The position numbers were made by a program, and so were the translations under genes. Source: Candidatus Nealsonbacteria bacterium CG23_combo_of_CG06-09_8_20_14_all_40_13 (GTDB taxonomy: Bacteria > Patescibacteriota > UBA1384 > UBA12157_A > GCA-002773005). Taken from it: a DNA stretch of 36,356 nt. Numbering within the stretch: the stretch's first letter is position 1; every line of letters starts with the position of its first letter. A model generated the notes under the pieces. That model worked only from the letters and a program-made list of their open reading frames with translations, did no database searches and had not been told where the DNA came from. The stretch is from assembly GCA_002771215.1 (NCBI GenBank), contig PCRM01000034.1, forward strand, positions 1 through 36,356, given 5' to 3'. Shown piece after piece: positions 1 to 9,170 of the stretch.

Positions 1-1
1 C

Positions 2-406
2 TTCATCACCTGTTTTTTTGCCTAATAGGGCTTTACCCAGAGGGGAGTCGGCCGAGATTTTGCCTTGAGAGGGGTTGCCTTCAGAAGCGCCGACAATTTG
101 GAAGGTGGAATTTTCGCTTTCAATATTTACTGCGACTTTACTGCCGATACAAATCACGCCGTTGTGACAAGCGGCTGTTACAACTTTGGCATGTTTGATG
201 ATATCTTCCAATTCTTGAATTCTGCCTTCAATAAAAGCTTGTTCATTTTTAGCTTCTTCATATTCCGAATTTTCGGAGATATCGCCAAATTCGCGCGATT
301 TTTGGATGCGCTCAATGACTTCTTTTCTTTTATGCTCTTTAAGAAAAGAAAGTTCTTTTTTAATTTTTTCTAAACCTTCAGTAGTGACAATATATTCTTG
401 AACCAT
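2..406 (-). CDS. greA: Transcription elongation factor GreA (3' end runs off the window)
   Basis: Manual translation from ATG at 406: MVQEYIVTTEGLEKIKKEL...FGDISENSEYEEAKNEQAFIEGRI...GKISADSPLGKALLGKK, with the GDxSENxEY and ISxxSPLG motifs. Absent from the ORF track because it is truncated. Confidence 0.95.
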   Translation of the reverse strand, partial: MVQEYIVTTEGLEKIKKELSFLKEHKRKEVIERIQKSREFGDISENSEYEEAKNEQAFIEGRIQELEDIIKHAKVVTAACHNGVICIGSKVAVNIESENSTFQIVGASEGNPSQGKISADSPLGKALLGKKTGDE

Positions 407-445
407 TCTAATCCTTAAAACATCACCGAAAATGTATTTAAATAT

Positions 446-473
446 ATTTTAAAACATTTTCTAATTTTGTCAA
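446..473 (-). promoter_or_regulatory. sigma70-like promoter of greA
   Basis: TTGACA (473-468), 16-bp spacer, TAAAAT (451-446) on the minus strand. Confidence 0.55.
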
Positions 474-601
474 GCCCCAGCATCAATCACTCGAGTATTT
501 CACTCTGATTATTCATCCGTGTTCCATTTCGAGTGATGATGCGGGGCGCAGACCCCGTACATGACGCTCCTGCGTGATTGAATGTAATTCAATAAGCAGG
601 A
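474..601. other. Two-hairpin structured intergenic element
   Basis: GCCCC(a)GCATCA(a)TCACTCGA 474-494 is complementary to TCGAGTGATGATGCGGGGC 529-547; second hairpin TCCTGC..ATTGAAT gta ATTCAAT..GCAGGA 568-601. Confidence 0.55.
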
Positions 602-671
602 AGGAATTGTAGCGGGTCAAGAGGCCAAGATAAAATCTTTTTATAGTGAATGTGGTATCGAAGCATTAAAC

Positions 672-699
672 AAAAAGGGGTGGTTCATCGAACCACCCC
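672..699 (-). terminator. Intrinsic terminator of the 710..1594 gene
   Basis: GGGGTGGTTC-atc-GAACCACCCC perfect 10-bp stem with a T-tract on the minus strand. Confidence 0.85.
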
Positions 700-709
700 C
701 TGAAAAATT

Positions 710-1594
710 TCAAACCAGTTGCCGGATGAAATCGGCACTTTGATGAATACTTGGTCGGGCTCTTCTCTTGCCCAACCCTAAGAAAATCAGCAAGAATTCT
801 TTTATCGACCAAGGAGCCACTTCAACCGTCAAATCAAGATTAGGAAATTCGGAGAGCAGATAAGGAATAGTGTCTATCAGTTGCATGGAACCTGTTCCCG
901 GGACTAAATGACCCCCTCGTTTTAGACTTTTGACCTTGGGGTCATAATCACAAATATGTGCCTCCGCCACTTCTATGCCGGCTTCGCGTATTTTTTTAAT
1001 CGTTGGCTGGAGAATATTTTGAATAAAGTCTCCTTTTCCTCTCCAACCGAACTCCAAAGCCAGATGCTCACAGTCAATCACGCCCTTAACCAAAAAATTT
1101 GCACTTTTAAGCATTTGGCTAGCATCTATGACTGCCTGCAATCCATCATCACCATGAGGAGTGAGTGGGTGTTTAATGGTATTCATTTCAAGCCGAATTT
1201 CTAAACCTTTCAAAAGTTCCAACCGGCCTAATTCTTTTAATTCGTAAACCACTCCTGGGTGAATGATAATCGGTACGCCAAATCGCCTGGCCAGATTGAA
1301 AACCGGACTATTCTCCACAACCCCAAGAACTCTTTTCCAGATTTTAGTTTCCCTTTTTTCTTCTTTGTTCCCCGAAACCATCCACCATTGATAGCCATAA
1401 CTGGTCCACCAGGGAACATGAAAGGAGCAAACTGGGATATTAAAACGATGGCTTAGTCGCGCTAACAGCTGGTATGTGGTTTTCGCCTTTGGACAAATCT
1501 CCAAACCATCATAATTTAGATCTGCAGCCAGGAAAAAACTTGTTGGGTCGTGAAAACAACAGCTGGCATTACTAAGGATCAGTTTTGTCGGCAA
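710..1594 (-). CDS. Xylose-isomerase-like TIM-barrel protein (sugar phosphate isomerase/epimerase family)
   Basis: YDGLEI, SFHVP, IIIHPG, RLEMN, DCEH, HICD, HLVPGTG and TVEV motifs typical of the AP_endonuc_2 family. Confidence 0.7.
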   Translation of the reverse strand: MPTKLILSNASCCFHDPTSFFLAADLNYDGLEICPKAKTTYQLLARLSHRFNIPVCSFHVPWWTSYGYQWWMVSGNKEEKRETKIWKRVLGVVENSPVFNLARRFGVPIIIHPGVVYELKELGRLELLKGLEIRLEMNTIKHPLTPHGDDGLQAVIDASQMLKSANFLVKGVIDCEHLALEFGWRGKGDFIQNILQPTIKKIREAGIEVAEAHICDYDPKVKSLKRGGHLVPGTGSMQLIDTIPYLLSEFPNLDLTVEVAPWSIKEFLLIFLGLGKRRARPSIHQSADFIRQLV

Positions 1595-1701
1595 TCACCT
1601 CATCTCCTTTTTTCAAAACGTTAAATTGTCAAGTTACGCTCAACAAATAAATCTATCATATCTTGAAAAGAAAGTCAACACTTTGTGCAAGAGTGGGTAG
1701 T

Positions 1702-1841
1702 GGGGACGGTTCTCAAAATATCTTTCAAATCAAAAAAATAGTGATTTAAATGATATTAGTAATCTTGGCGGCCTTGGCGTAGTTTAATTGTAAGTTATTT
1801 ACAGATTTTTTGAAACTAAAGAGTAAAAGAGAACCGTCCCC
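1702..1841. mobile_element. 140-bp MITE/REP-like element with 13-bp terminal inverted repeats
   Basis: GGGGACGGTTCTC (1702-1714) and GAGAACCGTCCCC (1829-1841) are exact reverse complements around an AT-rich non-coding interior. Confidence 0.6.
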
Positions 1842-1868
1842 TTTGGCTTTGGTCCCCCATTTTATCTT

Positions 1869-3743
1869 TTACCGCGAAAAGTAATATTGCAAAATATCTT
1901 TGGCAATCGGCTGAGCGGTGGAATTGCCTTCGCCGCCGCCTTCAACCAGTACAACTATGGCGATTTGCGGATCTTCAAAAGGTGCAAAGGCGGTTATCCA
2001 AGCATGGGTTTTGCCTTCATTACCGAACTGGGCTGTACCTGTTTTGGCGGCTACGGCAACTGGCAAATTACCCAGTTGCCTGGCTGAACCCTCGGTAGTA
2101 GCTTGATGCATGCCTTCTCTGACCACCTCAATATTTTCCTTAGAAACAAAGTTTTCACGAACTACTTCTCTCTGAAATTCCTGCAAAACTTTACCGTCTT
2201 TGTCTAAAATTTTCCAAACAAAATGCGGTTTTAAAAGTGAGCCGCCGTTGGCGATTGCAGAGACGCCATTGAGCAATTGCAGGGGCGTAACTAAGACATC
2301 ACCCTGCCCGATAGACACATGATAAGTGTCACCAATATACCACGATTCATTTTTAACTTTTTTCTTCCAGTCGGGAGATGGCACCAGGCCTTCCGCGTCT
2401 GACGGAATGTCAATTCCAGTTTTAGAACCAAAACCAAAATATGTCAGATACTGCTTAATTTTATCAATACCTAAACCTTTAATATTCTGCCAGCCGCCGC
2501 CGACAGAATAGAAAAAAACATTACAAGATTCCGCAATGGCTTTATAAACATCAACTGTACCGTGTACCTTCCAGTCGGGGAAAACCCATTGTCCAACGCG
2601 AATTTCGCCCGGGTCTTGAATTGTTGTAGAGGTAGTTATAATTTTTTCCTGCAGACCGGCTGAAGCAATAAATGGTTTAATAGTTGAGCCAAACGGATAA
2701 ACGCCGGAAGTGGCGCGGTTAATTAACGGCTTGTTTTGGTCAGACATTATCTTGGTAATTTGTTCATTATTGCCTGATGTTACAAAAAGGTTGTTGTCAA
2801 AAGCCGGCAATGATACCATGCTCAAAATCTCGCCGGTTTTGGGATTTGCTGCCACCACCACCCCCTGTTGAATGCCAAGCTCGTCCAGCGCCTTTTGCAA
2901 ATCATCAGTAATAAACTTCTGCAAATCCAAATCAACCGATAGCATTAAACTTGAACCGGTTACGGCAGGAATGGTAGTCAAAGTTCGTTTTATCTGCCCT
3001 TTAGCGTTGACCTCAAGTCCCTGTCTGCCATCTGTACCTTTTAATTGGTTTTTATAGCTTTTTTCCAAACCTGTCTGACCCACCACACTTTGAAAATTAT
3101 ATTCGTTATTTTGCTCTAACTGCTCCTCGGTGATTTTGCCAACATAACCAATAAAGTGGGATAACGTTGGCAAATTGTAATAGTAACGCTGGGGAGTTTT
3201 GGTAATGGTGACGGGCAAATTTTTAAGCTGAACTTCCCAAAGCATGGCCGTATCACGGTCAAGATTTTCCCGCAAAATATAGGGCTGAAGTTTCTCTTTT
3301 TCGCTTTCAGCTTTCTTCAAATCATCAATGGGAATTTGGGTAATTTGAGAAATTTCTTGATAAAACTGAAGCCTTTGCTGCTTGTCTGAAGGCAGATCGG
3401 TTGGATAAATTTCCAAATTATAAGCCGGGTGGTTGGAGGCCAAAATTTTACCTTTAGAATCTAATATTTCACCTCTTGGAGCAGATATAATTTTAAAGCG
3501 GATGCGGTTGCCTTCCGCCAAATAACGATTGGCCAAACCTTGAGAAATCTGCAATTGTAAAAGACGTCCTGTTAAAGCCAAAAAAATAACCAAGCAGATA
3601 GCAAAAAAGGGTAAAAGATTTTTCTTGTCTTTCTCTTGCTCCAGCGGCGAAGTTCCTTCCTCCGGCTCTAAGATATACATGTAATCATCACTTTGGGTTT
3701 TAACCTTACCAAAAGAACCGAAATTGCCAAAAATATTTTTCAT
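1869..3743 (-). CDS. mrdA: Penicillin-binding protein 2
   Basis: N-terminal TM, APRGEILD dimerisation start, STIK (SxxK), SCN (SxN) and KTG motifs; follows mreD. Confidence 0.95.
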   Translation of the reverse strand: MKNIFGNFGSFGKVKTQSDDYMYILEPEEGTSPLEQEKDKKNLLPFFAICLVIFLALTGRLLQLQISQGLANRYLAEGNRIRFKIISAPRGEILDSKGKILASNHPAYNLEIYPTDLPSDKQQRLQFYQEISQITQIPIDDLKKAESEKEKLQPYILRENLDRDTAMLWEVQLKNLPVTITKTPQRYYYNLPTLSHFIGYVGKITEEQLEQNNEYNFQSVVGQTGLEKSYKNQLKGTDGRQGLEVNAKGQIKRTLTTIPAVTGSSLMLSVDLDLQKFITDDLQKALDELGIQQGVVVAANPKTGEILSMVSLPAFDNNLFVTSGNNEQITKIMSDQNKPLINRATSGVYPFGSTIKPFIASAGLQEKIITTSTTIQDPGEIRVGQWVFPDWKVHGTVDVYKAIAESCNVFFYSVGGGWQNIKGLGIDKIKQYLTYFGFGSKTGIDIPSDAEGLVPSPDWKKKVKNESWYIGDTYHVSIGQGDVLVTPLQLLNGVSAIANGGSLLKPHFVWKILDKDGKVLQEFQREVVRENFVSKENIEVVREGMHQATTEGSARQLGNLPVAVAAKTGTAQFGNEGKTHAWITAFAPFEDPQIAIVVLVEGGGEGNSTAQPIAKDILQYYFSR

Positions 3744-4216
3744 TTTTCAACTTTAATTTTTTCTTCAGTGGGTAAGTAGCGCCTCAACAGAAAATAAATT
3801 ATCAGCCCAACGGCACCGTTATAAAGAGCATCGGTAAAAAATAGAACGCTAAAAGCATGCTCAGTCAGCAGCCCAAAAGCAATGTCAAAAATAATTGAAA
3901 AAACAAACAAGAAACCGAAGGCGACCAGAAAATTTGGGCGGTGGAAAATTTTAAAAACCAAATAAGCGCTAATTAGAAAAATGAACACCAATTCTATCGT
4001 ATAAAGACCAAAATAGTAAGGGGAAACTAAATCCAAAATTAGGCCAGTAAGCCCAGCCCACAACAAAGCAATGGGGAAATTGGAAACAAAAACGAAGCAA
4101 AGCATCACAATTAAAATTAAATTTAATGAGGCATTGGCAATGGTTAAATGAGACAGCAGCGCTAGCTGTAAAATGACGCAAATTATAATCGCTAAAATAT
4201 TTAAAAAATATTTCAT
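3740..4216 (-). CDS. mreD: Rod shape-determining protein MreD
   Basis: Hydrophobic 158 aa with GLILDL motif, between mreC and mrdA with overlapping stop/start. Confidence 0.85.
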   Translation of the reverse strand: MKYFLNILAIIICVILQLALLSHLTIANASLNLILIVMLCFVFVSNFPIALLWAGLTGLILDLVSPYYFGLYTIELVFIFLISAYLVFKIFHRPNFLVAFGFLFVFSIIFDIAFGLLTEHAFSVLFFTDALYNGAVGLIIYFLLRRYLPTEEKIKVEK

Positions 4217-4995
4217 TTTTTTACCACAAAAACTATTTCTAAACGCGAAAATGATAGAGCAGTTTCTACTTTGACTTTTTTGAAAATTTCACCCTTGGAA
4301 GGCAGAATATCGGTTACCTTACCCACGGGCAAGCCGGCTGGCAGCTGCCCACCCAAACCGGAAGTCAGCACATCTTCATCTTTCTCCACTGGCGCATCCA
4401 GCGGGATATCATCAATAATCAGCCCTTCTAATCCGCCATGCAGAATACCTGTTCCCCTTGAGCGTGAAAGCACCACTGGAATTTTAGAATTGACATCAGC
4501 CACGATCAAAATGTCGGCGTAGGTCTTGGAGGCGTTCATCACCTGCCCAACTAAAAATCCTGATGACAAAACAGCGCAACCGTCATATACGCCATCAATC
4601 TCACCTCTGTTAATTGTTAAAACGCTGGACGAGCTGTAAGAAGTACGATTGATAATTTGTGAAGGAACCAACTGCAAATTTTGTTTTTTGGCAAAACCCA
4701 GCTCTTCTTTAAGAATTTGATTTTCCCGTTGGACATCCTGCAGATGAGACAGCTGCGATTGGAAATTAAGTTTGTCATCATTTAATTTTTTATTTTCAAT
4801 TGCCAAATTTTTAACATCTAAAATTGATTTAAAAAAATCCCGCACACTGCCAACTGAATTGTCGATGCCCATGGTAAAAGGAGAGATTGCCGACAAGGTC
4901 AAATTTCTTACCGGCGAAAGCCAGCCTTTTAAAGACAGGAAAAAGCCGATAAGCGCTATTAAAAGTATCAAAACTAAATATTGTAATTTAAACAT
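4213..4995 (-). CDS. mreC: Rod shape-determining protein MreC
   Basis: TM, coiled coil, INRG..DGV and VLTSGLGGQLPAGLPVGKV motifs. Confidence 0.93.
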   Translation of the reverse strand: MFKLQYLVLILLIALIGFFLSLKGWLSPVRNLTLSAISPFTMGIDNSVGSVRDFFKSILDVKNLAIENKKLNDDKLNFQSQLSHLQDVQRENQILKEELGFAKKQNLQLVPSQIINRTSYSSSSVLTINRGEIDGVYDGCAVLSSGFLVGQVMNASKTYADILIVADVNSKIPVVLSRSRGTGILHGGLEGLIIDDIPLDAPVEKDEDVLTSGLGGQLPAGLPVGKVTDILPSKGEIFKKVKVETALSFSRLEIVFVVKK

Positions 4996-5011
4996 TTATT
5001 TTCAAGAGAAT

Positions 5012-5045
5012 AAATACCCTATCGCTTGCTACGGAGTAGTTTATT
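5012..5045 (-). repeat. Half copy of the IS200/IS605-end-like palindrome, overlapping the mreB stop codon
   Basis: Minus strand AATAAACTACTCCGTAGCAAGCGATAGGGTATTT resembles the left hairpin of the copies at 17924 and 26811. Confidence 0.6.
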
Positions 5046-6084
5046 TGACAAATGAGGTTGGCAGCAGCACTTCCTTCAAAGAATCTAAATCTTCCAAGAC
5101 AATGCCAGCGCCGCGAACCATGCAGGTCAGAGGGTCGTCAGCAATAAAAACCTTGGTTGAAGTGGCCTCGCTTAACAGTTTGTCCAATCCTTTCAAAAGG
5201 GCGCCGCCGCCGGACAGCACTATGCCGCGGTCCAAAATATCAGCCACTAATTCGGGCGGAGTTTCTTCAATAGTAGCTTTCACTGCTTCGATAATATTGC
5301 GCAGTGATTTTGACAAGGCCTGACGGATTTGTTCATCATTAACTTTGATTTCTTTCGGCAGCCCAGTCACTAAATCGCGTCCGCGCATCGGTGTTTCTTT
5401 TCTTTCAGCGAAGGGAATGGCCGAACCAATGGTAATTTTAATTTCTTCGGCAGTGCGCTGGCCTAAAAGCAGATTAAAATTGTCACGAGCGTAATTAATA
5501 ATATCCTGATCCATCTCAGCGCCAGCAATTCGGTTGGAACGGGAAGTAACCACGCCGCCCAGCGAAATGACAGCTACTTCAGTCGTGCCGCCTCCGATGT
5601 CAACAATCATACTGCCGGTCGCTTCTTGAATGGGCAACCGCGCGCCGATGGCCGATGCCAGCGGCTCCTCTATCAAAAATACTTCCCGCGCGCCCGCGTT
5701 GGTGGCGGCCTCCTCCACCGCGCGGCGTTCAACTTCAGTCACACCATATGGTATGCCGATGACCACTCGCGGCCGGGGAATTAATGAAAAACGCTCTTTA
5801 TGGACTTTGCTGATAAAATATTTCAGCATTTGTTCGGTTACTTCAAAATCGGAAACCACGCCATCCACTAAAGGACGCACGGCAACAATATGAGAGGGCG
5901 TGCGGCCGACCATCTTTCTGGCTTCTTCCCCTATCGCCAATATTTGTTTATTTTTCTGATTTATAGCAACAACAGACGGCTCATTAATAACAATACCCTT
6001 GCCTTTGACATACACAAGGCTATTAGCCGTGCCTAAATCAATACCGATATCATGAGACAGTAATCCAAAAATCCGGTCAAACAT
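5041..6084 (-). CDS. mreB: Actin-like rod shape-determining protein MreB
   Basis: DIGIDLGTAN, EPSVVA, VDIGGGTTEVAVISLGG and SGGGALL motifs. Confidence 0.98.
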   Translation of the reverse strand: MFDRIFGLLSHDIGIDLGTANSLVYVKGKGIVINEPSVVAINQKNKQILAIGEEARKMVGRTPSHIVAVRPLVDGVVSDFEVTEQMLKYFISKVHKERFSLIPRPRVVIGIPYGVTEVERRAVEEAATNAGAREVFLIEEPLASAIGARLPIQEATGSMIVDIGGGTTEVAVISLGGVVTSRSNRIAGAEMDQDIINYARDNFNLLLGQRTAEEIKITIGSAIPFAERKETPMRGRDLVTGLPKEIKVNDEQIRQALSKSLRNIIEAVKATIEETPPELVADILDRGIVLSGGGALLKGLDKLLSEATSTKVFIADDPLTCMVRGAGIVLEDLDSLKEVLLPTSFVK

Positions 6085-6174
6085 TTTTACTCACATATCC
6101 TACCATTTGAAAGATAGCGCAGCAATTGATTTTAGTCAATACAAAAAGAGATTGAATGTCCGATGTTTTGAAAA

Positions 6175-7110
6175 TTAATTATTGATATCGTCCTGGTGCT
6201 CTTTAAGGCGTAAATTGTGTTCTTCCTTAGTTTGCGAATAAATTGCTGAACCGTCTTTAAGATTGAAAAAATATAAATAGGGCACGTTGGCGGGATTTAA
6301 AGCGGCCTGGATGCTTTTTAAACCCGGATTGCAAATGGGCGTCGGCGGCAAACCCGGATTTTCGTAGGTATTGTATGGAGAATTGATTTTCAAGTCAGCA
6401 GCTGTAATTTTATCCCAACTGCCTTTGGCATATTGAACGGTTGGATCAGCTTCCAGCTTCATATTTTTGGCCAGACGATTTTGAAAAACAGCGGCGATTT
6501 TGGGCCGGTCTTCATCATGTTTAGCTTCCCGCTCAATAATGGAGGCTAAAATTAAACTATCTTTAGTCAAATACAGCCCTTTTGTCTTGTTCTCAAAATT
6601 TTCTTTCATTTTGATAATTATTTCCGATGAGGTTGAATCCGGTTTAAGTTTGTAGGTGTCAGGAAAAAGATAACCCTCCAAATCTTTGGCCTGCGCCATA
6701 AAATCTGCCGCTTTAACAATTTTCTGCTTGGCCAGAAGTTCAGCAATCTGGTTGTTGCTCCATCCTTCGGGAATGGTAATTTGATATTCGGAAACTTTGC
6801 CCGAGACCAAAATATTTAAAATTTCCTTCATATTCTGCGATGGCGAAAATTGATATTCGCCGGCTTTCATTTTGGCATTGTTGCCCTTGACTGCCGCATA
6901 GACCGCAAAAACCCACCAAGAAGAAATAAGGCCGTTTTTCTCCAAATTTTTAGCAATGACTGTTGCGTGCTCTCCGCTTTTTGCTTCAAAATTAACAGCC
7001 GTATAGTTAGCGCTTGAAGGAGCTTTAACTTCCTGTAAAATAAAAAAAGAGAGCCCTACCGCCGCAGAAAAAAATATAATTAAAATTAATATTAATATTT
7101 TTTTAAACAT
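6175..7110 (-). CDS. mltG: Endolytic transglycosylase MltG
   Basis: TIPEG, LEGYLFPDTY, LASIIERE, LEADPTVQY and SPYNTY..GLPPTPICNPG motifs. Confidence 0.95.
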   Translation of the reverse strand: MFKKILILILIIFFSAAVGLSFFILQEVKAPSSANYTAVNFEAKSGEHATVIAKNLEKNGLISSWWVFAVYAAVKGNNAKMKAGEYQFSPSQNMKEILNILVSGKVSEYQITIPEGWSNNQIAELLAKQKIVKAADFMAQAKDLEGYLFPDTYKLKPDSTSSEIIIKMKENFENKTKGLYLTKDSLILASIIEREAKHDEDRPKIAAVFQNRLAKNMKLEADPTVQYAKGSWDKITAADLKINSPYNTYENPGLPPTPICNPGLKSIQAALNPANVPYLYFFNLKDGSAIYSQTKEEHNLRLKEHQDDINN

Positions 7111-7117
7111 TAATCGT

Positions 7118-7552
7118 TTAGATTTTTTCCTCTAAATCCCGATTTTTTTGCTCCTGCTGTGATTCTAAAAACTGCTGTAAAATCAGCTTGGCCGACAGTT
7201 GGTCAACTCTTTCTTTGGCTTGCGCGACTGTCAGTCCTTCATCGCATAATATTTGTTCGGCCTCCATAGTAGTTAAAGTTTCATTTTCCAAAATCACCGG
7301 CAGGTCAATCTTGCCTTGCAAATTTTTAGCAAACTGGCGGGTTTTTTTTGCTTGTGCAGAATCCTCACCGGAAGCAGAAATTGGCAGGCCGACAACAATT
7401 TTTTCCATGTTTTCACTCTGACAAATCTTGGAAATTTGCTCAAAAATCTCCGGATTATTTTCCAATGTGGCATATTCATTGGCTAAAACTTCCGAATGAG
7501 AAATAGCAACACCAATTTTTTTATCGCCAACATCTAAGCCTAAAAAACTCAT
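7118..7552 (-). CDS. ruvX: YqgF/RuvX pre-16S rRNA nuclease
   Basis: LGLDVGDKKIGVAIS, IVVGLP, ENETLTT and VDQLSAKLILQQFL motifs. Confidence 0.92.
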   Translation of the reverse strand: MSFLGLDVGDKKIGVAISHSEVLANEYATLENNPEIFEQISKICQSENMEKIVVGLPISASGEDSAQAKKTRQFAKNLQGKIDLPVILENETLTTMEAEQILCDEGLTVAQAKERVDQLSAKLILQQFLESQQEQKNRDLEEKI

Positions 7553-9162
7553 TAGTCATACTCCAATTTCACCTTGATATTATATTTTAGCAAAGGCGTT
7601 CTTTTTAGCCAATTTTCGGGCATAGTTTGTATTTTAACATCTTCAACTCCGGCGACCGATTTGATTTGCGGCGCAAGGTTGGAAAATGTTTTATTGACCG
7701 CTTGCGCTCTTATTTTTTCTGTGTCAATTTTGGGTCCAATTTTGCTCAAAAGCTTTCCAGCTACTGTCATCTGACCTGCTTCTATATCTTTGCTTTTTAA
7801 AGTTGTAGTAATTTCATCTTGAGCAGAAACAACCATCATTGAATCAGCTGGAATATCAACTTTGGCTTTTTCCATCACCACTTGGCGGAAATCTTTTTCC
7901 TCAAAAGCTAGCGCTTTGGCCTTGGACTTCATCGTTGCTTTAAAATTATCTGTTTGGGTGCCGCTGGGAACGCTTGACTGAAAACTCTCCACATCTTGAG
8001 AAAAAACATCCTCTAAAATCTGCAAATTAGGATTCTCATTTTTAATCGCATCCTTGAGCGCATTAAAAATATCATTTTGCAAACTCTTTTTAGCATTTTC
8101 AATGTCGTCAGAGCTGACAATGGTTATTTGCTCTGTGGTGCCGCCGGCCAAAGACGCTGATGACTGACCAAAAACATTGGCTTGTTTGGCAGCGGAAATA
8201 TCTAAAATTGTGAAAGAAGTTGGTCCTAAATTGTACTTGGTGCCCGGTTCAGAGGCCTCAACGACAACATCTGCTTTGCCGGCGGTGACACTGACGTTGC
8301 CGGAACTGTCAATTTTTGCCGTGGCGGCGGGCACATTAACTGCTGAAGAAGTTACAAAAATCAAACCGCTGGCCGCCTTGACTTTTGAAGACGAACCCAG
8401 TGAAACGGGCTCGCCGGTTTTATTGCTAATGGTAATTGTGCCTTTGGCTTTCTGCCCCACTTCTTTTTTGCCGGTGGCTTGAAAATCTTTTGATTGCTCA
8501 AGTTCTTTGGCAATTAAGCTGGCAGGCGCTGTGGCACTATCAATGGAGACGCCGGCCGCGTTTTTGTCCAAAGTCACTGCCACTTCTTTCTCAAATGGCT
8601 TGACTGAAACTTTTATATTCAAGACAGTGTATGGCAGAAAAGCAAAGAGACCCAAAGCAATTAAAATTAGGATAACGCCGGTGGCCACTATCTCTATAAT
8701 TAATTTTGACTTGTTTTTAGAAAGAGGTTTTTCACCCGCTTTAGCCGCTGGCATCACTTCGACTACAGGCTTGGGCTCCGGCATTTGTCTTTCCTGGAAA
8801 TGATGAATTTTCACATCTTTGGGCAAAGCTTCCGGCTTGGAATTGTCAATTACAATTTCTTCCTGGGCTGCCGGCTGGGGCCGCTGGGGCAAAATAACCG
8901 GCTCGGCGCTTTTAATATTGTCAAAAACCGGAATATCAATTTGCGTCAGTAGATTGCGGCCGACTTTATCAGAGGTGACAATAGCAATTTCTTTGCTTAA
9001 TTTTTTGGCCTCCATTTTCAAAAGTTTCAGATTGACTAAACCCTGTAAAATAGTGGCTTCTTTCGGCACCACCAATATTACTTGCGCGCTGGCGGCGCTC
9101 GTTAGTTTATCAATGACCGATGTGATTTCTTCGTCTGGTTCAATATAAATGGTATTGGGCAT
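7552..9162 (-). CDS. Single-TM membrane protein with a baseplate-J-like extracellular region (conserved in CPR)
   Basis: N-terminal IYIEPDEEITSVIDKL cytoplasmic domain, one TM, then ATGKK..KAKGTITISN, VEASEPGTKYN and LAGG motifs resembling baseplate J/gp47 proteins. Confidence 0.65.
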   Translation of the reverse strand: MPNTIYIEPDEEITSVIDKLTSAASAQVILVVPKEATILQGLVNLKLLKMEAKKLSKEIAIVTSDKVGRNLLTQIDIPVFDNIKSAEPVILPQRPQPAAQEEIVIDNSKPEALPKDVKIHHFQERQMPEPKPVVEVMPAAKAGEKPLSKNKSKLIIEIVATGVILILIALGLFAFLPYTVLNIKVSVKPFEKEVAVTLDKNAAGVSIDSATAPASLIAKELEQSKDFQATGKKEVGQKAKGTITISNKTGEPVSLGSSSKVKAASGLIFVTSSAVNVPAATAKIDSSGNVSVTAGKADVVVEASEPGTKYNLGPTSFTILDISAAKQANVFGQSSASLAGGTTEQITIVSSDDIENAKKSLQNDIFNALKDAIKNENPNLQILEDVFSQDVESFQSSVPSGTQTDNFKATMKSKAKALAFEEKDFRQVVMEKAKVDIPADSMMVVSAQDEITTTLKSKDIEAGQMTVAGKLLSKIGPKIDTEKIRAQAVNKTFSNLAPQIKSVAGVEDVKIQTMPENWLKRTPLLKYNIKVKLEYD

Positions 9163-9170
9163 ATTATTCT

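Noticed and set aside
7552-9162. Prophage or contractile injection system
   Set aside because: No other tail, sheath or capsid genes; embedded in a housekeeping run and carries a TM anchor
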